Below, in pieces: positions 47,036 to 56,975 of a DNA stretch of 64,000 nucleotides. The DNA lies in assembly GCA_963777955.1 (NCBI GenBank), contig CAVZSQ010000013.1, positions 1 to 64,000 on the forward strand, in the 5' to 3' direction. Below the pieces are notes generated by a model, which did not search any database, was not told the origin of the DNA, and saw only the letters and a program-made list of their open reading frames with translations. Positions within the stretch are counted from its first letter, which is position 1; every line of letters begins with the position of its first letter. This DNA comes from Calditrichia bacterium (GTDB lineage Bacteria > Calditrichota > Calditrichia > JAJRVZ01). The position numbers and the translations under genes were made by a program.

Positions 47036-49841
47036 ATGAGGAATATTTTAAAATTCGTAGCCATTTTGCTGATCCTGTCGAACATTGGATTTGCTCAGAA
47101 CTCATTAAAAGACAAAGAAATAGTCTCAGCAGAATACACCAAGGTTGCAAAACCGGCCGCGGTCGAAGACCGGGCCGGTGGTACACATAATGCCAGTAAT
47201 ATCGGCCTGTTCTTCGAGAACCGCGGTAAACTCTATCCGCGCCGGATTACCCAGGGTCCCTCCGGTGAATTTCCGATCGGCTCGGGAAAAAATTATATCT
47301 ACCGCATTAATCCTTATGTCGGTATCCCCGGTAATGTTATTCAGGGACGATTCACCACCAATGAGGAATGGGAAGCCGTCGGCGGTTTTCAGAACCGCGA
47401 ATATGCCAAGATTGCTTTCAGCGATAATCCCGTTTCATGGAATCCGGACCTCGGTTGGCCGCTCAAGGATGCCGCAGGTAATCCGGTGGTCAAGTCCGAT
47501 CAGGATAGTTATTGTGTATATGATGATGCGAATAATACCGTCACACCTGTCGGTATTACTATTCACCAGACCGGTTATGCCTACGGAGTTAAATTCGCCC
47601 AGAATCTGCTTTTTTATAAATTCGAACTTATTAACAGCAGCAGCACAATCCTGGACAGCCTATATTTCGCCATGTATTGTGATATTGATATCGGTGATGT
47701 GAGCGGAGGACTTCCGGAATACGGGGATGACCGTCTCGATTTCGATAAAGAAAATAATTTCGTTTATTTTTTCGACGACGGACTTTCAGGCGAATGGACC
47801 GGGGGGATTACCGGCTATTTCGGTGTCGCCGTACTTGAAACACCTGCGACGGATGACGGAACTTTCGGTATAACCGATATGCATTATAACCTGTACAATG
47901 ACGATCGTGATGATGACAGTTTACAATTTGCCGTGCTTTCCAGCAATCCCGGTTTAATCAATCCACCTTCGCTGGTACCGAAATATTTTCACACTACGGG
48001 TGATCTTCATTATGATGATCCGGCGACGATTCCAGCTTCCGGTCTGGATTTGACAGCAACGCTTAGTTCAGGTCCTTATCATCTTGAGCAGGGTGATACC
48101 CTTGTTTTCTATACGGTGATCGTGGCCGGTAATAATAAGGAAGACCTGTACAACTCGCTGCAAACCGCTCAAAAAATAAAACAGTATAATTTCGAAATCA
48201 GCAAGCCACCGGCTACACCGACCCTGAGCGCTTATGCCGGCGATGGGTCGTATAACCTTATTCTGGAACGATGTAGCGGAGCGTTCCAAGGATAATTATT
48301 CCGGAGAATATGATTTCGAAGGATACCGGCTATATCGCAGTACCGATAAAGGACTCCATTGGGATCAATGGGATCGCAATGTGGATCCTTCTGTCGGAAT
48401 CGATCCGGTACCGTTGGCCCAATTCGATATCCGCAACAACCTTGGTCTGGATGCCGGACTGCAATATAGTTTTACCGATACGAATGTTTATAATGGATTT
48501 GAATACTGGTATACCCTGACCGCATATGATCGTGGTGACGAATCTACCGGCAGCCTGGAAAGCCCGCGGGGTAAGTCGCCTGATGCACTCAATACCGTTT
48601 CGGTCACGCCGCAATCCAAAGCCACGGGCCGGACCCCTGTTTTATCCGACACCGTCCATCATACCGGGCGGGGGAAATCAAATTATGTACTGAATGTCCA
48701 GCCCATTGATCAGGATTCCCTGGAAGACCGGGAATACCGGGTTCTGTTTTCTTACCAGCAACGCACAATAAAAGGTACCCTGCAGACCAGAATTGTCCCG
48801 GTGATTATCGATTCCGCAAAAACTGCGGCAAAAAATTATGGTGTTGAATTTATCGCCGCCAATTCCTTTAACCTGATCGATCTGGACACAGGCGAGGATA
48901 TTGGCGAGAATCCCCGCAGTTATCGCTCCGGGCTTGCTTATTCAGTTAACGCAGGGATGCGCATCAGGATAGAAGATCCCGATCCCGCAGCCGAACCTCA
49001 GTTTTTACCCAGGGCTGGCGACCAACTTACTCTCAATTATGCCGTTTTTGTCATCCGTGATAATATAGATACGGTTATTGCAGCCCAGCCATTCTTGATC
49101 GAAAAATCCTGTGCTACCGGGGATGGTGTCATATTCAACCTTGAACCTCCGGACATTATACAAAGCGTTTCCCGCATCGGTGGTACCGATATTCTGGATA
49201 TCACTTTTACGGTTGCCGATCAGGCACTGGTCACTAATAATTCCTATTGGATTTCAGTGGTTGGCAATGGTACGGATAATGATGATAATAATTTTGCAAA
49301 ATTGTTCCTGACCAGTCAGAGCGGCGATACCATGGTGTTTGATACTCTTTACAATGCCGATACTTTTGAATTTGCCGGGATCCTGGCCAGGATATCATTT
49401 CCTGATGACTCTCCGCCGGCACCCGGAAATACTTTTATGCTCGATACGGTGGTCCCGGTTGCACCCAATATACTGGATGCTTATCAATTTAAAATCAAGG
49501 GAGCCGTGGTCAGAATAGTTCAATTGCAGGATGAACTGAACCGGATCCGGGTTGTACCCAATCCTTACCTGGTCGCATCGCTCTATGAGCCGGAGTTCGG
49601 GGAATTGCGCCGCGAACCGCTCCGTCAGATACAGTTCATTAATTTACCGCAGGAATGTACCATCTATATCTTCACCATTGCCGGTGACCTGGTTAAGACC
49701 ATTGAACACAATGCACCACTGGGCACCGAGAAATGGGATTTAAGGGCCGCAGGGGGCCGGGAAATAGCATCCGGAGTATATCTATACGTCGTAAAAACCG
49801 TTGATGCTCAATATAAGAACACATTTGCAGTGATTAAATAG
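47036..49841 (+). CDS. Large secreted protein with FN3-like domain and 'VVPNPY...IQFINLP...ASGVYLY' C-terminal domain; frameshift near 48250
   Basis: Fragments 47036..48295 and 48234..49841 join as PPATPTLSAYAGDG/RITLFW; DFEGYRLYRS, NGFEYWYTLTAYD. Confidence 0.75.
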
Positions 49842-49851
49842 GTGACAGGCT

Positions 49852-50851
49852 ATGAAACAAATCTGCATTTTAGTACTGCTCGTTCCGGGGTTGATGACAT
49901 TGCCTTTATGGGCGGAAAATCCCAATCTGGGAACCAGCGGCGCTCAATTTTTAAAGATTCCCATCAGTGCCCGCGCAGCAGCCATGGGGGGAGCCTATAT
50001 TGGTATCTGTCAGGATGCTACGGCGGTTTTTTGGAATCCGGCCGGAATCGTCGGGGTCAAGACAAATTCATTTCACTTCTCCCATTCCAGGTGGTTTGAT
50101 ACCTTCGATGTAAATGCTGCTGCCTATGTCTATAATGCCGGCAATTTTGGAACGTTAGCAGCCAGTGCCCTGGTGCTTAGTGTGGACCAGATGGAAATCA
50201 CCACCGAATACAGTCCGAATGGTACCGGTCAGTTTTTCGACGCCCAGGATCTGGCTTTTGGAGTAAGCTGATGCCAGAAGTCTGACCGACCAGTTTCGTG
50301 TTGGTTTAACCGTACGCTATATTCATCAACGAATCTGGAATGAGACAGCCAGCGGTATTGCTTTTGATATCGGCACACAGTATCAGCTTTCATTCAGGAA
50401 TCTTACCCTGGCTATGAGCATGTCTAATTTCGGCCAGGACATGAGATTTGACGGGCCCGACCTCAGCGTGAATTACGACGCCAATTCTTCATTCCCCAAC
50501 CGGCTGACTTCAACACGCCTGGAGACGGAATCGTATCCATTACCCCTGAACTTTGAATTCGGTATAGCCATAGATATTTTCAATACACCATTCTCCCGCG
50601 GGATTCTGGCTATTGATGCTGTCCATCCCAATGATAACCGTGAACGAATTCATTTTGGCAGTGAGATTTCTTTCTATGACCGGTTATTTCTGCGGGGCGG
50701 ATACCGTTTGAATCATGACGACGAGCAATACAACCTGGGTTGTGGTTTCACTGCTGCACTTGGAACAATACAATTGAGTATTGATTACGCTTATTCACTC
50801 TATAAAATATTACCGGATGTCAACCGCATCTCTTTGGGAGCAAATTTCTGA
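49852..50851 (+). CDS. PorV/PorQ-family (UPF0164) outer-membrane beta-barrel protein; 1-nt insertion near 50270
   Basis: GAQFLKIPISARAAAMG, FWNPAG; removing one G from agcTGATgcc restores GVSYARSLTDQF; C-terminal RISLGANF. Confidence 0.85.
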
Positions 50852-50867
50852 TCCGTGCATAATGAAG

Positions 50868-52570
50868 TTAATATATCGCCCAGGGTTGATAGACGATCAA
50901 ATGTAGATTTTGCCTGGCTGTGATCCGGTAGCAGGCAAAAATATTGCCCTGTTCGGGAACAAGCCGGAATTTCCAGTAACGGATCAGACCATAATCGGAC
51001 TGGGGTTCCAGCAGACAGGAAATCAGATTAGCGGCCGGTTGAGCGCAGTCGATATAAAAATCACCTTTCTTCAGCAACAACTTCATCTTTCTGCTGACCA
51101 GCTCGATTTTTTCCGGAGGCAGATAATCATATTTTGCAGGAATAACCGCACTTACTTCGTAAACTTCTGCCTCTGCTTCACAATCCTGGCTGATGAATGA
51201 AACTCCGATCCCCGATCGCTGTAAGGTCTCGATAACATCCTGATGAGCTGCCGGTATTATATAGCCCAGGGGCCGTGTAACACTTTGTTTCAGCTACAAC
51301 CCGCGGAAACCAGTTTTGAATCATGGTGATTACAATTTTTTGATCGGATGGATACGGGTACGGTGCAAAGTCGGAGTCTGACAGGGTTTCGCCGGCGTTG
51401 CGGTTAACCTTCATGATTCCAGTCAGCACAGAATCAGTGTGTTTAAATTCTTGAATGGTTAAAGCCGGTTGCTGTTCGTCACGGGCATATTCCATTTTCA
51501 AATGCACTCTGGTGGTTTCTGTATACGCTTTTGCCCCGCTAAGCAAATTTTTGCGCAGGGTCGAAACCAGATTTATAATTTCCGGATCATGAGCCGCAAC
51601 AACTTCGGCCATGGCTTTCAGACCTGAATATTGCCAGTGCGTACGTTCTGCCAGTGTGGCCAGGTCATGACGCGATGCACCTTCCTGGATAAAAGAAAGT
51701 GTCTGATAGATACCCATACTGTTACGGGTATCGTTAATATCGCTGGTGCTGTATCTCCGAATCATTTCCCGTCCCGCTGTGTCTTCAGGGCGCAGACCGG
51801 CGCCTGCAGCCGTATTTAAACCCATTTCTTCCTCGACCAGATATTCATGAAAGGTTATGCCTTCCTGTGCGAGTTTTTTACCCACTTCGGCCAGTATACA
51901 CTGCCGTGAAAACTCCTGAAGTTGCGGCTGGATATTGATATTGGATACGCAGCCCAGGGCAATCCGGTAGAAATTATCGCCGCGTTCATGGATATCGAGA
52001 GTGACCTCCGGCATCCAGCTCCTGAAAACCCGGTGAATAGCCTGAACTGCCTGGCTCTCCAGTTTTATATGGTCGCGGTTCAGGTCAAGTCCGAGTTCGT
52101 TTTCACGCCGGTCATAGAAGTTCCCATACGGATTGGCCTGGGGAATAATCAGGAAGTTGAGTTCCGCCAGCAAATATTTTAATTCTCCCAGAGCCAGATC
52201 GCGGATGAATTGCAGGGCCGCCTCTTTGGCCGATTGTTCATTGCCATGTTGCGAAGCGATCAGCAACAGGGTCGGTTTACTCCGGTTCAACTGGGCCGGG
52301 GTTCTGGCACCTTCCTGGCTTAGAATACACAGCAATAATTTCCCTGGCCGGGTAATTATCAACAGCGCTGGTGCGGCCGGCGACCTGTATAGAAATATTC
52401 GGGGCTAAGGCAGCAACCGTACTTAAAAATTGTAAAACATCCTCGTACTGGCTGAAACGGCTGTAGTTATTTTCTTCACCCGGAGTTTTTATAGTTCCGG
52501 TTGAACCGCAGCAGACTGTACAACTGACCAGAATCAACGTGAGTATAACTGTGGCAGATATTCTGTGCAT
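50868..52570 (-). CDS. M14 zinc carboxypeptidase-family protein, probable lipoprotein; 2 frameshifts
   Basis: Signal MHRISATVILTLILVS-C after GGAGG; SQHGNE, NPYG, RREN...DLNRDH, LDIHE; tail LLEPQSDYGL. Confidence 0.8.
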
Positions 52571-52622
52571 AGCGGACCTCCGTTTTAAATGTTTATCTGG
52601 ATTCCGACTGAGCAAGGAACTG

Positions 52623-53769
52623 TTATTTAATTCTTTCCTGATGAATGGTGTATTTTGCTAATAGCTTCGGCAAAATCTTTACACCGCTGCCGCTGCCGGC
52701 AGGAATATCGATGAAACCATTTGAATCAAGCACCACCGGGGGTTCAACAATATCCTCATGAAAATAACGGCTGGTTTCCGAAGTATCGCCGGGCAGGTTA
52801 AAGTTTTTATCGGCCTGCAGATGGATATTAACGGCCCGGCCGATTCCTGTCTCATCCATACCCCCGGACCAGACACCGATATGATGATCTGCGGCAAAGC
52901 GGGCCATGCGCCGTGATTCCAGCAAGCCGCCCACCCTGCCCTGCTTGATATTGAGAATACGACAACTGCCCAGGGCAATCGCCGCGGCAGCATCGTCCAG
53001 ACTATGTATGGATTCATCCAGACAGAGAGGAGTTTTCAGGGCACGCTGCAGGATACTGTGTTGATAAATATCAAAATAGGAAAGCGGCTGTTCGATCATC
53101 ATCAGGTTGAATTTATCCAACTGCTGCAGGCTATCGGCAGCATCGCTCAACTGATAATCACCATTGGCGTCAACCATCAGCATGATATCCGGAAATTTTT
53201 CCCGGACGGCACGCACCCAGGCTATGTCCTGCCCCCGCTTAATCTTCATTTTAATGCGGTGATATTTTTTTCCCCGGGCATCTTCCACTGCAGCGATCAG
53301 CTCGCCGATATTGTTCTGTAGTCCGATACTTACACCGGACATGATTTTCCGGGCCGGGAAACCAAGGAACTGGTGTAAAGGGACATTGTTCTGTTTGGCC
53401 AGCAGATCGATGAGCGCGTTCTCCACGGCAGCTCTTGGCCATACTATTGCCACGAACCTGTTGAAAACGTTTTTCTACTTCTGCCAGGGTAACACCCCCT
53501 TCGATGCCGGGAATTAAAAAATCCTTGATAATATGACGTGCACTGACCGTGGTCTCCGGGCTGTAAAAAGGATCCGGATCGGCCACACATTCACCCCACC
53601 CGGTGCAGTCGCCGGCAGAAATTTTCACTAACAGCGCTTCCTTGACATTCCAGGTGTAAGTGCTGGTGGCAAATGGTTTGACAAACGGTAATCTGACAAT
53701 AATCAAATCTATCCGGTCAGTATTTCCTATTACCGCTTCTGTCTCGGACAGGGTTTCCAATTTATTCAT
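52623..53769 (-). CDS. menC: Enolase-superfamily NSAR/OSBS (N-succinylamino acid racemase / o-succinylbenzoate synthase); frameshift near 53435
   Basis: GWGECVA.PDPFYSPET, SGVSIG, RIKMKIK, MVDAN, IEQPL, CLDESI, NIKQGRVGG, WSGGMDETGIG, PGDTS.TSRYFHEDI. Confidence 0.85.
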
Positions 53770-53940
53770 ACGGGTCTCTGACTTTCTTTAAATAAGTATC
53801 TCAATTTATATAATTATTTTAAATTCTAAAATATTTTGACGCCTGAATTTTTTGCGGGTTTCATCTGTCAGAAAGTATCTATATATTGCAGCGTGCAGTC
53901 AGCAGTTGTCGCAATTTCAGGACTATGAAAAGGTCGAGTA

Positions 53941-55332
53941 ATGCCCGGATGGTTTCTACCCTTTATTCTGTTGCTGTTCGGTGATAATCCGGATTCGTTA
54001 TCCTACCACCCGACTACACTTGTTTTTCCTACCTACCGGCACACTTATGGTATTCGAAAAGCAGGACCGACTGAACTTTTTTTATTCATGAGTTTTAAGG
54101 TAAAATTCCGGGATCCGCAGGGACTGGCTTGCGTCAGGCTCGATGCCTGGGAAGATCCTGAGAATTCCCATGATGATGATGAATTAACTGTGTACGGTGT
54201 AAATTCCGGCCAGAACAATATTATATATAATAAGTCCATGTGGGGTCTGGCGGTGTATGGACTGTCTGAAAAGGGTTTGCGCAGCCTGAAGGAGCCGCAC
54301 GGAATTTGCGCCAACAGCCGGGGTGATGTTTACGTGGCTGATTCCGGAAATAATCGACTGGTACGTTTGTTTAATCCGGCACATGAACTGCAATTCGTGG
54401 CAGCGATCGGCGCTCCGGGATCGGAACCGGGTTGTTTTAAGTATCCGCTGCAAGCCGCACTGGATTCGTACGGGAATGTTTATGTCAGCGATTCAGGAAA
54501 CAACCGTATACAGGTCTTCGATAAAGAGAACAGATTCCGTTACGCCTTTGATGCAGGCGGGTGGCTATTGAATCCCAATGGCATCGCGGTTACCGATCTG
54601 GCTGAAAAATATAAACAGTACAGCGGGGGTGAAAATTTTCTGGTAGTGATCGATTCGGCTGACCAGCGGATCAATAAATTTGATTTGCAGGGAAAATTAC
54701 TGCGTACGGTTCGCTGCCGCGATTTTGGTTATCCCCGGGCCAGGCTGGAATATGTCTGTCTGGATTATTATAACCAGATTTTAATTACCGACTCACAAAA
54801 TCATTGCGTCCATAAACTTGATCATGATCTCAATTACATTATCTCCTTCGGGCGGGCCGGCGACGATGATTTTGAATTCAACGAACCGCGGGGGATAACT
54901 ATTTATCGCCGGTTCGGCCAACTATTTGTAGCTGAAAAAAGCGGCGCCCAGTATTATTGGATCGGTACGGATTTGCAGGAGCTGATCGTGGAATCTCGAA
55001 AAGATGTAACTTCTTTATCTTTCAGGGTCTCTGAACCATCTTATGTATCTATAGATGTACTTGACCGGGACGGTAAGTTCGTCAAACGGATCCTTGATAA
55101 GAAACTCCTTTTCCCGGTAACTGAACATCATTTTAGCTGGGATGGCCGCATGGGTAAAGGACTGCCCCGCTTCTTTGAACAGATGAAATATACGCAGTCA
55201 ACCCTGGTTGGCTATGGTTTAAAGGTACCGGCAGGTAGTTATCGCTTGAGGCTGAATGCAGAACCGACTTACTCTTCACGGACTTATTTCAGCCGGCAGG
55301 AGGAACTTACTTTTAACCGTTCGGCTGAATAA
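53941..55332 (+). CDS. NHL-repeat beta-propeller protein with FlgD-Ig-like C-terminus
   Basis: PHGI...VYVADSGNNR, YVSDSGNNRIQVFD, ITDSQNHCV, FNEPRGI; C-terminal FSWDGR...VPAGSY. Confidence 0.8.
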   Translation: MPGWFLPFILLLFGDNPDSLSYHPTTLVFPTYRHTYGIRKAGPTELFLFMSFKVKFRDPQGLACVRLDAWEDPENSHDDDELTVYGVNSGQNNIIYNKSMWGLAVYGLSEKGLRSLKEPHGICANSRGDVYVADSGNNRLVRLFNPAHELQFVAAIGAPGSEPGCFKYPLQAALDSYGNVYVSDSGNNRIQVFDKENRFRYAFDAGGWLLNPNGIAVTDLAEKYKQYSGGENFLVVIDSADQRINKFDLQGKLLRTVRCRDFGYPRARLEYVCLDYYNQILITDSQNHCVHKLDHDLNYIISFGRAGDDDFEFNEPRGITIYRRFGQLFVAEKSGAQYYWIGTDLQELIVESRKDVTSLSFRVSEPSYVSIDVLDRDGKFVKRILDKKLLFPVTEHHFSWDGRMGKGLPRFFEQMKYTQSTLVGYGLKVPAGSYRLRLNAEPTYSSRTYFSRQEELTFNRSAE

Positions 55333-55777
55333 TACCGAGTAAAATCTTTTTAACCGTTGATTTATCCTTGGGATTAAAATATTGAAATTCCCGGCCATGT
55401 GTTTCGTTAAAGCCTTTGGCTTTGAGGATACTGGGTTCCAGACCGTGTACAGGCATGGCGCAGATATGCAGAGGTGTCTGATACCGCTGTTCAAGATACT
55501 GTATAACCTTCACATTTTTTTCGAATATTTCAGGATTACTCAAATCGCAGATAATAATGCAGCCGACTGCATGCGGTATGATCAAATCCCACAGATAATA
55601 ATATTCCTCATTTTCCTGATTTAAAAAATAAAAATAAACACCATAGTCGGGCGGCAACTGCAGATAGCCTACATCCAATCCTTCAAATTTACGTATAGCC
55701 CGGTCGGAAAGCAGGGTAAATAATTTCTCTTTATCGTTCTTACGACTGCTGATTACGGGTATTTCCAGAATATTCAT
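55313..55777 (-). CDS. Degenerate MglA/CvnD-like small GTPase-fold protein lacking an intact P-loop
   Basis: LDVGYLQL, YYYLWDLIIPHAVGCIIICDLSNP resemble the MglA/CvnD core; Walker A position reads SSRKNDKE. Confidence 0.5.
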   Translation of the reverse strand: MNILEIPVISSRKNDKEKLFTLLSDRAIRKFEGLDVGYLQLPPDYGVYFYFLNQENEEYYYLWDLIIPHAVGCIIICDLSNPEIFEKNVKVIQYLEQRYQTPLHICAMPVHGLEPSILKAKGFNETHGREFQYFNPKDKSTVKKILLGIIQPNG

Positions 55778-56961
55778 CAGATTTTCTCTATCTTTTCCTT
55801 AAAACGAGCCAGATCAGCATTCTCTGCTATGAACAGATAATCATAGCGCAGATCTTTATCAGCTGCTAAACTTTTTTCGCTTTCACCCGCGGCTGACGTC
55901 GAAGGCGTTTTTATCAGCCTGGCGTCCTGTTTCATCGGGATTTTATGTGTCCCGCCTTCTTTACCCCGGAATAATTTCTTGAAAACGCTTTTAAACCCTG
56001 TTTCCCCCACTTCGCGCTCCTGCTCGGTCCTATAACTGTCAAATACATCGCGGTTCATCAGGTGTTGTTTTTCGATAACTCCTTTTATAATTTCGAGAAG
56101 TTTCAATTCATCCTGATCGAAAGCCGACAGGAAACCGGAAATGGTCTGTCCTCCCTGAAAGAAACGTAAATAGTTGGCCTGTTCAGTTTCCATTTGCACG
56201 ATATCTGTTTCGGGCGAAATCAGCAGCGATTCATTCAAATCCGGCAGAGTGTCTATAAGTTTATTGCGATGGTCGATATATTGGATACACTCCAGTAGAA
56301 TCTGCTGATTATCCTGTTCAAGTTTTGGTTCGTATTCTTCCCCGACAAATGATATCGTGAAATCACCCTCCAACCAGGTGACCAGTTTAAAAATCGCAGC
56401 CAGATTTTTGAATGTACGGAATTCTGCCTCACAGAGCCGTCCGTTCATAAACCAGATCCGGCCTTCATCGCGGCCGTGATACATAGTCAGGATACCAGTT
56501 TTTTTATTTTGATCCAGGGTCTGGATTAAATCCAGCAGATTATAATCTTCCAGTTTTCCCTGCATACCGGTGATTTGCTGATCCTTCTCCACCACCGTGA
56601 TGCTGCGTAAAAAACTCTCCAGTTGCAGGCGGAACTCTTCCTTGGAAACAGGCAAGAAGATTATATCCTTAACCATCGTTTTCCACAGCAGCTCACGCCG
56701 GGTCAGGTCTGTATTTGCGGTACAACAGAGTACCGGTAATTTTTTAAATTCCGGTGACCGCTGCAGATTTTGCATGATCAATTGCACATCTTCAATTTTT
56801 TCTTCAATAATTAATAAATAATCGAACATTTCCCATTCCAGAGCTTCCTGGGCAGTATGCACAGATTGGGCATATTCGAAATTTGTCAATTCCGAAGAAA
56901 AATTCATATTGAATTCATCAAAAATAGTACGATTCGAAGATATAATCAGCCCATCAGACAC
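55777..56961 (-). CDS. Receiver-like domain + DUF4388 (PatA-N-like) protein
   Basis: MQGKLEDYNLLDLIQTLDQNKKTGILTM...GRIWFMNG...LVTWLEGDF; N-terminal REC-like alpha/beta domain. Confidence 0.8.
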   Translation of the reverse strand: MSDGLIISSNRTIFDEFNMNFSSELTNFEYAQSVHTAQEALEWEMFDYLLIIEEKIEDVQLIMQNLQRSPEFKKLPVLCCTANTDLTRRELLWKTMVKDIIFLPVSKEEFRLQLESFLRSITVVEKDQQITGMQGKLEDYNLLDLIQTLDQNKKTGILTMYHGRDEGRIWFMNGRLCEAEFRTFKNLAAIFKLVTWLEGDFTISFVGEEYEPKLEQDNQQILLECIQYIDHRNKLIDTLPDLNESLLISPETDIVQMETEQANYLRFFQGGQTISGFLSAFDQDELKLLEIIKGVIEKQHLMNRDVFDSYRTEQEREVGETGFKSVFKKLFRGKEGGTHKIPMKQDARLIKTPSTSAAGESEKSLAADKDLRYDYLFIAENADLARFKEKIEKI

Positions 56962-56975
56962 GAAATTTTCCTTCT

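Noticed and set aside
50269..50271. TGA read-through or selenocysteine in the PorV-like gene
   Set aside because: Downstream coding continues in a different frame; a single-base insertion explains it
52623..53769. Menaquinone biosynthesis operon
   Set aside because: No other men gene in the window; NSAR/OSBS subfamily in a peptidase context
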